A DNA stretch of 64,000 nucleotides from contig CM059432.1 of assembly GCA_030390025.1 (NCBI GenBank), forward strand, positions 82,338,001 to 82,402,000, in the 5' to 3' direction. Below, one piece after another: positions 1 through 12,128 of the stretch. The notes under the pieces were generated by a model. That model made no database searches. It had not been told where the DNA came from and saw only the letters and a program-made list of their open reading frames with translations. The DNA comes from Squalus acanthias. Lineage: Eukaryota. Each line of letters opens with the position of its first letter. The stretch's first letter is position 1. A program made the position numbers and the translations under genes.

Positions 1-506
1 ACAGTGAGTTCGAAAATGTATCATATCTGTTATTATGGACGAATCTGATCATAGCACCTTTAGAGGTAAACATTTCCCCCATAATATTTGATCTAATGTT
101 CTAACAATAAAGATACCTACATAACATTTCAAAAATTATTTCCAAGATATTGGGGGAGATTTTCATTTTCTTTTGCCTGGGCACAGCGAATAGAGGAAAA
201 TTTGTCAGGGTGGATCACATATCTTTAAGAGTGCCGCTTGACTTTCTGTCCATTTAAATCAATGGATGGAAAATTGGATAAGTTTCCTTATGGGTGTGCA
301 AATCTCCACGCCTGATCAAATACACGCAGGCACAGGGACAGGACAATATGCCCCATTTGGTCACATGTGAGGTACGGGTTCATAATTCAACCTGATCCAT
401 GAAGGGGTAAAATCATCACAAAGTTTGCACCTATTCTATGGCATAATGCATATTTCTGTTGCTAAAAATAACTTCACGACCCAAAAGGTTAATGTACACA
501 TCTTAC

Positions 507-671
507 CAGTGTAAATGCTTGCATTAGATGCTGGGATGCCAAACTGAGATTCAATGAACTTGGGAATGAAGGTAATAAAAGCGGTGACGATGGCACTTTC
601 TGCTGTGTATGACAAGCTCACAAACAGGAATGTCATGTTGCTCAAGATCCTGACAGCTGCTTTGGGAATGT
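507..671 (-). CDS. SLCO5A1: SLCO5A1 (OATP5A1) internal coding exon, 165 bp
   Basis: Translates (D)IPKAAVRILSNMTFLFVSLSYTAESAIVTAFITFIPKFIESQFGIPASNASIYT(G), which I recognise as OATP5A1. Acceptor ttgtcatttttatAG (673-672) and donor GTAAGA (from 506). Joins in phase 1 to the exon at 50135-50352 (G+AC = Asp). Confidence 0.95.
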
Positions 672-1308
672 CTATAAAAATGACAAGAGAAACACTTTCA
701 CCATGAATGAACCACAATGGAGAGGAGCACCTACAGACACGGAGAAACTCTACAGCTAATGTAAAGAGGCCCATTCGTACATTGTAAATGGCAATGTGTG
801 TATTTGTTCTTAAAACAGGTGGAGCATGTAAGCTAGGCAATGTGTGTACTGTTCTCAAAACAGGTGGGACATTTGTACTTTAGCATACAGTTCTATGGAA
901 TTCTTTTCGAAAGGATACCTCATTCAAACCAACTAAACCAACTAACAACAGACAGTACACACAGGAAACACATTAACTATACTTAGACAAGAGATGGGCT
1001 TAGTCAGATAACATGAGTAGGCAATCACAAGCGTGTTATGTTGGGCCTGCACATTGTCTAAATAATGGTTGTGTTTTCCATTAATATGAATATCAACAAA
1101 CATAACCAGTCATGTTTAGAGCTTAGAACAAGTCAAAAAATAGAACCAGAAATGAAGCAGACTTACCAAGGTTCAAGATAACTTAGCATCTTGTGACATC
1201 TCTGCACATCACTGTATAAAAAGTCATTAGTTCTGTATTATTACCATAGTTGTGTATCAACTGTTCTAATTGAACAATTTAGATCAACCGTTCAATGATG
1301 ATGTTGTG

Positions 1309-1322
1309 GTTGCTATGGCAAC
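1309..1322. promoter_or_regulatory. Candidate RFX X-box
   Basis: GTTGCTATGGCAAC, one mismatch from the perfect palindrome GTTGCCATGGCAAC, in non-repetitive intron about 640 bp from an exon. Confidence 0.4.
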
Positions 1323-1974
1323 ATTTGATGTTGGGCATGGATTTTAGCAGACCATAGATAAATGGAAAGCAGTTTCTGGAGATCAAACATTCAGTATATG
1401 CTATCACACCTATTTAAGTAATTGAAATAGTTCTACAAAAATCATTTGTGATGGGCTGAATATTGCAACCCATGATGTAAATTAACATGCTATTTTATGA
1501 CCAGATCACCTTTTACATTAAACAGAAAGGGTTTAATGTTTTAGGCAACTAGTCAACCAGCAGTGAAATATACTCCATTGGAGCATTATTGACAATACAA
1601 ATCAAATTCCTGGCATGGAGGACACTGTTTCCTTTAGACCTGGAACTCTTTCACAATGAAATGAAAAGAGAAATAACTCACTTTTACACATAACATTCAA
1701 AACTCTTTGAATAAAGATATTCTCTACATATCATGGGTGCGAAGGCAGTCTAACACACAGAAGTCAAAATAAATGTCTACCTTTTTAAGAGATCTCGTAC
1801 CTGCACTACAGTTCCCTTCTAGTGCTGCATACTTTGTGCCCCAAGTGGCTATCTGACTTTTCAACCAGCCTCCGTCACACAAGGATAAGTGAAATCTACC
1901 CACCCTGTTTAATCCAATCAGGGATAAACAATTGAATCTTGTTCACCAATAAGCTACTTTTTTATTGACACATT

Positions 1975-2670
1975 GGCCTCGATATTAACACCCCTAAGAC
2001 AGGCGGGAGAAGGTCAGGGTATGATGTTCAACTGTCAAACGCGTGAAACGCAACCCTAACCCGTCGCACACGTTGTCGTTTATACAGCGCGGGTTTCGTG
2101 GCGTCCGAGTGGAGAAGCAGGACACTTCATTAATACAGTGCAAGTGGGAGCCCAATTTAAAATTCACTATTAATGCACGGATTTCCCAGGGGTCGGGAAA
2201 TCCGGCAGTGAAAGGGAGGTTGAAGCTGCTGACTTCACAAGGTAAGTGCCTTTACCAGCACTCCTTGTCAGCCAGGAGGAGCAGGAGTGTTCCCCCCAGG
2301 GCCTTCAAGAAAGCCTTCGGCCTCCCCTCTGCCGATCGCGGCCTCTCTGTCCCCCCCCCTTCCGCGGACGCTGACCTCCCCCCCATCCTCCAGCCGTGAT
2401 ATTCTTTCTTCCACCCCCTGCTGTGTTGACCGACCTTCCCTGCTCCCGTTTGCCAGGGCCTATCCCAAGGGTTCCCGGCTGTGGCCTGCTGCTGCTGGTT
2501 TTCCCTCCTGGCCACCAGCCAGGCTGTCAATTTGGCTGGCTGCCGGGCGGGAAACGTATCCATAAAATGTTAATGAGGTCCTGCCAAACCGCGTCCTCAG
2601 CCTTGCCGGGTTCTTCTGCTGTTTTTGGCCTTCCCCAAACCCTCACCGCCTCCCCGTAAATATCAGGGCC
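1975..2670. mobile_element. Harbinger-type MITE, 696 bp
   Basis: TIRs GGCCTCGATATT / AATATCAGGGCC and ATT 3-bp TSD on both sides. Confidence 0.8.
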
Positions 2671-3439
2671 ATTATATTATGTCCCAAAGGCACATATATA
2701 CCTGATTAACAATTCAAGTATACCAAAATGCAAAAGTCCATTTGGAAAATCCCAATTAACACTAGATCAAGGTTCAGAAGGAGAGGGAAAGATATGATTT
2801 AAGAATGTAAATACCACACTTAAAAGTGAGCAAACTGCGGTTCCTTTTGATGCGTTATCCTACAGGTACCATAGCTCATTTTCCTAATGTAGGAAGAAGG
2901 CAAACTTATCAGCTTAAAACCATACAAGCATAAGTCAGAGTTCCACCAAATGCATGTCCTTCTTTACAGCCAAATCTAAATGATAACATTTGGTGTGAAT
3001 GTGAAGGTTACTTGTAGCTGTCATGCAGATGTCCTTCAATACAACATGTTTAAAACTAATCCGCTACACATTAATCTATCACTTTGCAGGGAAGAAATTC
3101 TACCTATTAACTAGTTAGAATGTAAAATGCAGCCTACTGATCACTGAGCTGTCCTTTGGTGACAGATTTACCCAAAACCTTATTGACAAATTACTTTTTA
3201 ATCCGATTTTCATAGTAACAAGCAGCTCACAACACTGTCATACAAAAGGGCTCGTGTTCATTTTAGATGTATAAGGAACAGAAAAGATGGATTCTGAAAT
3301 GATTTCTTGAGAAATGTAATTTAAATAACCTCATGTTGGTAAGGGTTTGTGGATGTGGATAAATATTGCACGATACTTATCCTGTATGAGAGAGATGGTA
3401 TTCATTTTTCTCATGGTTAAGAACAAAGATTTTTTAATT

Positions 3440-4015
3440 TTATTTATTCATTCACAGGATTTGGGCTTCGCTGGCAAGGCCAGCATTTATTGCCGATTCC
3501 TAATTGCCCTTGAGAAGGTGGTGGTGAGCCGCCTTCTTGAACCGCTGCAGTCCGCGTGGTGAAGGTACTCCCAAGGTGCTGTTAGGGAGGGAGTTCCAGG
3601 ATTTTGACCCAGCGATGATGAAGAAACGGCGATATATTTCCAAGTCAGAATGGTGTGTGACTTGGAGGGGAACTTGGAGGTGGTGGTGTTCCCACATGCC
3701 TGCTGCCCTTGTCCTTCTAGGTGGAAGAGGTCGCGGGTTTGGGAGGTGCTGCCGAAGAAACCTTGGCGAGTTGCTGCAGTGCATCTTGTAGATGGTGCAC
3801 ACTGCAGCCACAGTGCGCCGGTGGTGGAGGGAGTGAATGTTTAAGGTGGTGGATGGGGTGCCGATCAAGCGGGCTGCTTTGTCTTGGATGGTGTTGAGCT
3901 TTTTGCGTGTTGTTGGAGCTACACTCATCCAGGTAAGTGGAGAGTATTCCATCACACTCCTTACTTGTGCCTTGTAGATGGTGGAAAGACTTTGGGGAGT
4001 CAGGAGCTGAGTCAC
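3440..4015 (-). mobile_element. 3' end of a CR1-Zenon-like LINE
   Basis: RT C-terminal peptide IYKAQVRSVMEYSPL...IQDKAARLIG...SKSWNSLP, followed by the 3' UTR GGGCAATTAGG...AATAAATGCTGGCC and a GAAT-type tail. Confidence 0.8.
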
Positions 4016-4471
4016 TCATGTCCTGAGATACAAAACCAGCTTGCTATACCACTATGTTTTACGTATTAACTCTTCTGTGGCACCATGGGAAAGAAATGCA
4101 TAAGTGAAAACATAGTTTTAGGATTTGTGCATACACTTAGCCAAATCAGTTACTGGTGTTAAAGCAAACATTTATACCACTGCAGAATATTGCTCAATGT
4201 GTCAAAACCAATTGCTTCCCGTTCTTGATACATCTTGGCTCATTGTCGCTTAAAGTAATGGACAGAGGTTCGGACAGAGGTTCTTTGCTAAACCACAAAA
4301 GGAGTTGTCACTTAAACAATCCTGGATCTCACTGTTCTAGAAGCTGCAGAAACCTATCATTTCATTTGGACTTTCCTTGAAACTCTGACACAACTTGCTC
4401 CAAATCCTGATATGATGCCTGGGTTTGAACTTTGCAGCATTTGTTTACAATTGAATGTTTTGTTTGGTCAA

Positions 4472-4730
4472 TTCAAGGGACATTAAGAATCAACCACACG
4501 GTGTGGGACTGGAGGAACATATAGACCAAATTGGCTAGGGGAGGCAGGCTTCTTTCCCGGAAGTGAGTCAATTGGTTGGGTGTTAATGGCAATCCAGAAG
4601 CTTTCATGGTTATTTTACTGGTGCTAGCCCACAAATTACCAGATTTATTGAACTCAATTTCACAATTTGCCATGGTGGGATTTGAACTCAACTTCTACGC
4701 TGCCAGTCCAGTACCATAGCCACCATGCTG
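4472..4730 (-). mobile_element. Diverged tRNA-headed repeat, homologous to the 5' end of the LINE at 43751
   Basis: The reverse complement resembles 43751-44060 and includes a B-box-like GAGTTCAAATCCCAC. Confidence 0.6.
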
Positions 4731-5224
4731 CAGTTCTCTTTCTGAAAAGGCCCGTACTATTCATTTTTCATGGGGAGACAGCCGACACGCTTTTGCTTGG
4801 AATCGTGTTATCCTCATAATTGAGGAGCCGAGAGCTGAACATTACTCATAAGGATCAGAAACTAATTACAGATGAGGAAAATCATTCGGCTCATCTTGAT
4901 TTATTCCTCTAGAGAGATCCTAACATCACCCCACTGTAGCATACAATAGTTCCTTAAATGATTCTAAGATTTTTACCTCCACTACTCTATCTGGATGTTT
5001 GTTCACACTATCTGGGAGTTTAAATCATAGCTTTAAGCTAACTACTTAATAGGAGAGGATTCGTGCACATCCGCTCGCAAGCAGGGAATTTTTAAGTCAA
5101 TTCAGTAAGCCTAAACCTGCTTCAATGTTGAAGAATGGGGGTATTCAGGGTCAGTACTGTGGGGCTGTCACATAATGTTAGTTGAGCACCACTGTACACA
5201 ATGGAGCACGTAATGTGACCCTCA

Positions 5225-5240
5225 CAGCGCCATCTACAGG
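5225..5240 (-). promoter_or_regulatory. Candidate CTCF site
   Basis: Minus strand reads CCTGTAGATGGCGCTG, close to the CTCF core CCASYAGRKGGCRS. Confidence 0.35.
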
Positions 5241-5273
5241 CGCAATGCCATTAGAATGCTCTGGCCGCTAACT

Positions 5274-7028
5274 GGCTGCGATTTTGCCTACCGAGGTGGG
5301 CTAAGTGCGGCTGAGGTAGGTGCCGGACGGCGACCCCGCTCCCAGCTCCATCCCGCTGTGTGAGAAGAATTTTCCGTTGATTGGGCTTGTTAATTCCGCC
5401 CTGCGAGGTTCCCAGCCAATTAAAAGCGGGTCTGATGACATCATTTGATGACGCGACATCAGCCGGTTTCCTTAAAGGGGCCATGTCCAAATTGATTTTG
5501 ACAGTTGTGCTGTCAGTGTTCTACAGCATTGAGGTGCTGCAAACACTAACAAGCACTGCACAGAGATGCAGGGCTGCACCCAGGCTCTCCCATGACTCCC
5601 TCCATATGCTTATGGGGGGAGTCACAGCACACAGGGAGGTTCTCTTCCCTTCCAATGGGCGGAAGAGACCTCCCCAGAAGACCAAGGCAGCCTGGTTGCA
5701 CATTGCACAGGACGGCACAAGCAGGGATGTCGTCAGGAGGACCTGGCTGCAGTGGCGCAAACCTTTCAATGATCTCACTCAACCTCATCCTGCTGTGTCA
5801 CTCATCACATCCCCATCACTCTGCCTTCCCTACACTACTCCTGCACATCCTTACTCACACCAACTTACCTTGCACCTCCGCCCATCCCTCTCTATCTACA
5901 TTATCACTTCCCCATCTCACTAGCCACCATTCACACTCACCCTCATCCTAGTGCAATCATACCAACTAAGAAGACACAAGGGTAGGCACTTGGGTGGTTT
6001 AGCCAATGTTCATGTGAAGTTTCTGGTAATGTGCTGTCAAACATTGAAATCTTTATTTTCAACACTTTGCGTTCTTGGACAGATTTGTGTGCACCTTTGG
6101 AAGTGTCTTAGTGAGTTGCAGTGAATGGTGAGACATAAGGGTACCCCCCGCAATGGTGGTGAGTGTGAAAGGAATGGCTTGGACATTGTAGGGATGCTTT
6201 ATGGTGTTGGTGTGGAGTGGTGCCAACCTGGCGCATTATGTGGCAGCCAGGGTGTACAGCGTCAAGTAAAGTAAATCTGGCCATGGTGAGGCCATCGCTG
6301 GTGTCCCGGGCAGCAATGTGGTCGGGTGCTGATGCCCTGTGTCCTGTGCAGCATCAGGTGATTGCGGAAAAGCTTGGTGTTGTTGTTGGTGCGGCTGCTG
6401 TGCCTGGTGATGTTGGTGTTGGGGCTGATCGTGGTGGGATTCTGAGGACCAAGGTAAGATTTTTTCTAGTGCACCGATGCTGATGAAATAGATGGCAGCT
6501 GAAGTTGAGAAGACAGAAGCAATCTGTCAATGATGAGTGAGGTTGCTCCAAGGAGGTGACAGTGAATAGAGAGTTTACTCCAAACACTTCCAAACTGCAT
6601 AAAGCTCAAAAGTGGGTTCCAAATCATGAAGGCTCCAGCTTCTAAGTTTGGGAAGTGAACAGCTGTGAAATGGTAGGTTTTATACCACCTTTGCAGCTGT
6701 CACCTATTCACAGCAATGGAGAGTCATTGAGAACCCGACATACTTACCTGACGTGATACCCGCTCTCCGGGAACCTCGTTAAAAACCTGGTAAAATGGTA
6801 AGTTCATGGGAAAATGGTGCTTAACTACCTTTTAACAAGCTTTTAAGTATCTAAGTTGGCTGACCCGCCGCTTGGTGTCGGGTCTGTTCAAGGATGACAG
6901 ACCCGACACTTGGGAAACTGACAAGGAGGCGGGTTTACAGCGGGATACCGACCCGCTGTCAATCTTTGTGATTTTGACAGTGGACCCGCCTCCAAACCTG
7001 CACTCTGCGCGCCGGAAAAATTCTGGCC
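5274..7028 (+). mobile_element. Non-autonomous Harbinger element (family A, copy 1) carrying a Myb/SANT exon-1 relic
   Basis: TIRs GGCTGCGATTTT / AAAATTCTGGCC and ACT TSD. Encodes AAPRLSHDSLHMLM...EVLFPSNGRK...AWLHIA...RTWLQWRKPFNDL. An inverted copy lies at 33168-34963. Confidence 0.85.
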
Positions 7029-7577
7029 ACTGTTTTTAATATGTAATAGATTAAACTGGGCTTTCACTTTGATTAATGACTCGCTGTCTATTTATTGCTG
7101 CTGCAATAATAAAAAACTGATCAGTAATACAGATCAATATCACTTGTTGTGACAAACAAGACAGAAATTCTTGGTTGTTCTGATAAATGTCACTGCTTCA
7201 GGAGCTGGCTGATTGTTTCAAAAACAAGAAAACAGCTGTTGAAGTTGAGTTATAATAAGGTATGTTGAAATTGTTGCATTCTTGTCAACGATTGAAGTCT
7301 AACCTAAAAAACCTGCTGTGCTCCCTGCTTCTTCAAGCTGTGAATATAGACTGAAAATGGATTTTGTACTTTAAATGACAGTTTTGTCTAGCTGAACTGG
7401 GACGATACTTTTAAGAGTAATTAAGAAAATCAATAAGTACTCAGGCAGAGATAAAGTAATTTGTGCTGGAAAACTGATCATTAACTGAGTTAAACCATGA
7501 ATGATTAGGGCTCATATTAAAATTGATGCCATTCAGTGAATGTAAACATTAGAAGAGTCTTAACTATTGAATTCACT

Positions 7578-8915
7578 GGGGGGGATTTTAACTCCCGAGA
7601 ACGGGTGGGTTGGGGTCGGGTACGTACTGAAAACAGAAGAAAAATGAGGCCTGACCGCAACCCAGATCCATCACGCCAACCTCCGGGTTTAACTGAGGCG
7701 ATTTTGGCTGCGTGCGAGTAACCTGCTCGCCGGAGTCAGCGCAATCATTAGCATGGGAGGGTCGGCAATTAAGACAGCATTTAACATCATAATTACATGA
7801 AAATGAGGGTTTTTCAAAATAATTTACTTCCTTTGCATTTAACGACTCCAGCAGATTTCCTGCGGATCGGGAAACTCCCCAGTGAAATGGAGGCAAGTTT
7901 TAGCTGATGTTCATGGGAGTCTTTAAACTTCAGATTTCCTGATCTCAATAAAGGCTCAGTTCTTACAGCTGCTTTATCAGTTGCCTCTGGCAAATGTTTA
8001 GCAGAGTTCTTGTCAGCAGAGAGGTTTTTGAGATGGTTGGGGCCTATCAAACAGACACCAGAAGGATGGGAAGCACCAGTGATGTTTTTGACAGTACATC
8101 CAAAGAGGAAGACATAGTGCTGCGGTGGGATCAGCAAGTGCAGAGGAGAGAGGTGCACAGGGGGAAGGTGCACAGGGGGAAGGTGCACAGGAGGAAGGTG
8201 CACAGGGGGAAGGTGCACAGGGCAGAGGTGCACAGGGGGAAGGTGCACAGGGGAGAGGTGCACAGGAGGAAGGTGCACAGGAGGAAGGTGCACAGGGGGG
8301 AGGTGCACAGGGGAGAGGTGCACAGGAGGAAGGTGCACAGGGGAGAGGTGCACAGGGGAGAGGTGCACAGGAGGAAGGTGCACAGGGGAAAGGTGCACAG
8401 GGGAGAGGTGCACAGGGGGAAGGTGCACAGGGGGGAGGTGCACAGGGGAGAGGTGCACAGGGGGAAGGTGCACAGGGGAGAAGTGCACAGGGGGGAAGGT
8501 GCACAGGGGAGAGGTGCACAGGGGGGAGGTGCACAGGGGAGAGGTGCACAGGAGGAAGGTGCACAGGGGGAAGGTGCACAGGGGAGAGGTGCACAGGGGA
8601 GAAGTGCACAAGGGAGAGGTGCAGAACAGCAGAGAGGAGACCAACAGAAGAGTTGAGGTTGCACAACAGAGTCTCAGCTTCCTTGTCCTCTCGGAACAGC
8701 AATGCTTCCACAGGCTGAGAGTGTCACATCAGGTGGTCGCAGACATCTGCAATCTCCTAGAAGACCACCTGCTACCTACTGGACCTGGCGGACACACATT
8801 GCCAGTGGCTGTGAAAGTCACCACGGATCTCAATTTCTTTTGCCTCTGGGTCCTTCCAGTGCCCTACCGGAGACATATCCAGGATCTCACAGTCTGCTGT
8901 TTCATGCTGCAGTGT
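7578..8915 (+). mobile_element. Harbinger left-end fragment with a HARBI1-like transposase N-terminal relic
   Basis: Begins GGGGGGGATTTTAAC. The peptide [30 protein letters not shown]...LPVAVKVTTDLNFF matches the transposase at 56218. Confidence 0.7.
8151..8623 (+). repeat. 15-bp minisatellite (AGGTGCACAGGGGAG variants), about 31 units
   Basis: Direct tandem periodicity. It generates the EVHRG/VHLPP ORFs in the track. Confidence 0.95.
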
Positions 8916-9077
8916 GTCACAGAACTAAAAGCAGTTTAACCCTCTGTAGTCCCTGTCGTTGCTATTAGGAGTAATGTAAGCATTTTGATCAGTGTCTTTT
9001 CTATGAGCATATGCTGTCTTACATTTGTTAATTATTTTCTCTGTAAATGTATACAAATATGTTATTTTTACGATATT

Positions 9078-9821
9078 GGGCCGAAAATTGATCCCGGGAC
9101 GCGAGAGTACACACTGCGTACTCTCGCGTATTCCCACTCCAATTGCCGGTTTTCTGCATGCCCTGCGCATGCGCTGAAAACCAGCAATTGCTCTTCAGAA
9201 AAGGGGGCGGGTCCTCGGTGCATCGCGTGCACGCTACAGGCTGCGCGCACGCTGTGCACTTCATGCTTTGGACGCGCAGGTAAGTACTGAAGATTTTGGA
9301 AATGTAAAAAGGAGGAGTAAGACCCGCTTTTAAGAAGGTAAGTAGTGAATTAAGTATTTTTTTTAATTTTTTTTTACAGGTATATCTTTTTTAGAGACTT
9401 TAAAGACAGGTAAGTATATTTTTAAAACTTTTTAAAAGATTTTAAATTTTTTCAAAAATTTAATTTTTTATTTAAAATGGTTAATTTAATTAACTATACT
9501 TATTTTATTAATGTGATGGTTTTTTTAAAAAATTTAATTGAGGTTTAGCTGTTATTTTGGGGGGGTGTAAGATTCATAGATTTCACAGCCATGCTGTGAG
9601 ATTTATGAATGGAAGATGGTGTGCTGCCATTGGCTCTAACTGAGTCACGTGATCCCACAGCTCGCACGAATTCACTACGCCGCTGGGATACGCAAGCCCA
9701 GCACAGCTGATGTCTAGAACATCAAGTTCGTGCGAGCTGGATCTGAAAAAGCATAAGCGAGGTGAGACATCGCGGGGAAGGCTTACCCCCGCGGGAACAG
9801 AGCGAGATCAATTTCTGGGCC
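9078..9821. mobile_element. Harbinger-type MITE, 744 bp
   Basis: TIRs GGGCCGAAAATTGATC / GATCAATTTCTGGGCC and ATT TSD. AT-rich core with an internal inverted repeat CAGCTCGCACGAA / TTCGTGCGAGCTG. Confidence 0.8.
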
Positions 9822-10029
9822 ATTGTGTCCTTCTGGTTTTGGGTCTAAAAACTGAAATTAACAGAACAAGTGTCTAATCAAATTATGAATGCTGGTTTTC
9901 TGTGGATGGCTACTACAGACAGCTACTTATTTAAACTATGTTGACATTCCTTGGGTATATGATTTGGGATTATCACGTAAAATTTGGCACTTTTGAGTTA
10001 ATCAACCCATAACAAGGAATCAATATTTT

Positions 10030-11610
10030 ATAGAACATAGGAACAGGAGTAGGCCATTCAGCCCCTCGAGCCTGCTCCGCCATTCAATGAGATCATGGCT
10101 GATCTGCGACCTAACTCCATACACCCGCCTTTGGCCCATATCCCTTAATACCTTTGGTTAACAAAAAGCTATCAAGCTCAGATTTAAAATTAACAACTGA
10201 TCTAGCATCAATTGCCGTTTGCGGAAGAGTTCCAAACTTCTACCACCCTTTGTGTGTAGAAGTGTTTCCTAATTTCACTCCTGTAAAGTCTGGCTCTAAT
10301 TTTTAGACTATGGCCCCATGTCCTAGAATCCCCAACCAGCGGAAATAGTTTCTCTCTATCTACCCTATCGGTTCCCCTTAATATCTTGAAAACTTCGATC
10401 AAATCACCCCTTAACCATCTAAATTCCAGGGAATACAACCCTAATTTGTGTAATCTCTCCTCGTAACTTAACCCTGGAGTCCGGGTATCATTCTGGTAAA
10501 TCTACACTGCACTCCCTCCAAGGCCAATATATCCTTCCTAAGGTGTGGTGCCTAGAACTGCTCACAGTACTCCAGGTGTGGTCTAACTAGGGTTTTGTAC
10601 AGCTGCAGCATAACTTCTACCCCCTTGTATTCTAGTCCTCTAGATATAAAGGCCAGCATTCCATTAGCCTTTTTGATTATTTTCTGTAACTGTCCATGAC
10701 ATTTTAATGATCTATGTACACGGACTCCCAAGTCTCTTTGGACCTCCACTGTTCTAGCTTTTCACCATTTAGAAAGTACCCTGTTCTATCCTTTTTAGGT
10801 CCAAAGTGGATGACCTCACATTTGCCTACATTTTAATCCATTTGCCACAGTTTTGCCCATTCACTTAATTTATCAATATCTCTTTGGTTCATCAGGGATG
10901 ACCTACCTTTTACAAATCCATGCTGGTTCTCTCTGATCAGCTGAAAATTTTCAAGATTTTCAGTCACCCTATTCTTAATTATAGACTCTAGTAATTTTCC
11001 GACAACAGATGTTAGGCTAACTGGTCTATAATTCCCTGGTTTCCCTCTCTCACCATTCTCAAATAGCGGAGTGACATGCGCAATTTTCCAATCTAAAGGA
11101 ACAGTTCCTGAATCGAGAGAACTTTGGAAGATTATAGTTAGGGCACCTGCAATGTGCTCACCTACTTCCTTTAAAACCCTGGGATGGAAACCATCTGGTC
11201 CTGGGGATTTATCACTCTTTAGTGGCATTCCTTATTATCATTGACAATATCACCATTATCAGTTTTCAAGGGGCCAACACTGCTCCTGACCACCTTCTTT
11301 TTCCTAATATAATTATAAATATTTTTTGTGTTGATTTTGATATCCCTTGCAAGTTTCTTTTCATATTCCCTTTGTGTAGCTCTTACTATCGGTTTTATCA
11401 ACCTTTGCTGTTCTTTGTATCTTTCCCATTCGCCAGGATCTGGGCTATTTTTTGCATTTTTGTATGCTTTTTCTTTTAGTTTTATGTTGTCCCTTACCTC
11501 TTCAGTCGTCCATGGCTGGATTTTTTTTTGCTAAGTAGAGTTCTTGTCCCTTAGGGGTAGAAACTGGGTCTGTATCATATTAAATTCTTTGTTGAACACT
11601 TCCCACTGTT
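10030..11610 (-). mobile_element. CR1 LINE, 5'-truncated and internally deleted
   Basis: ORF2 peptides KSPGPDGFHPRVLKE, NYRPVSLTSVVGK, LVRPHLEYC and YSLEFR..RGDLIEVFKIL, with a CR1 3' hairpin and tail near 10030-10100. Confidence 0.9.
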
Positions 11611-11829
11611 TTGTATTAAAAAGGTAAAACCAGCTTTGGAAAATTACAAAGTTACATTTTGAACTTTTTCAAAGCACTTTTTTATTATTGACTTAGCAGC
11701 AGTCTGCTATTGTGCTGGCTGACTCCTCCCAGACCCACAAGGGGTTTTCAAAGTGAGCAAGAAACTAACCCTTTCTATTTGCCACATTGCATTGCTGAAC
11801 GACAAGACATGCTGTATTTATTTTTTAAG

Positions 11830-12090
11830 TATCAGCTCGAAGTGATACCAGCACGCTCACGACCACGAAAGTTCTTCTGGAACAAGTTCTTTCGAGGTGG
11901 GGAGATTGAGGTGATCGATAGTGATAATGGAACATTATTTGTGGGGGAGGTCATGAAAGAAATGTGCACTTAGTTAGGGATAGAACATTAATTCCACATC
12001 CCATAGCACCCGCAAGTGTCAGGCTTGGCAGAAAGAACAAATAGAACGGTTAAAACTATCTTGAAGGAAGTAGTCAGTGAGACTGAGATC
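11830..12090 (+). pseudogene. Retroviral/Gypsy-type integrase core relic
   Basis: Frame reads EVIDSDNGTLFVGEVMKEMCT*LGIEH*FHIP*HPQVSGLAERTNRTVKTIL, containing the rve second Asp (SDNG) and the catalytic Glu (G.AER.N), with three stops. Confidence 0.75.
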
Positions 12091-12128
12091 TGAAAATCCC
12101 CCTGATTTTGATGCCAATTAGAGGTACA

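Noticed and set aside
436..858. 140-aa ORF as a stand-alone gene
   Set aside because: Only 507-671 is coding (an SLCO5A1 exon with splice sites). The rest is open intron. The same applies to ORF 50058-50441.
7814..8718. Long repetitive ORFs (VHLPP, CAP, GAQG) as structural proteins
   Set aside because: A stop-free 15-bp minisatellite is open in several frames on both strands. The ORFs at 16731-17877, 22327-24294 and 36593-38504 arise the same way.
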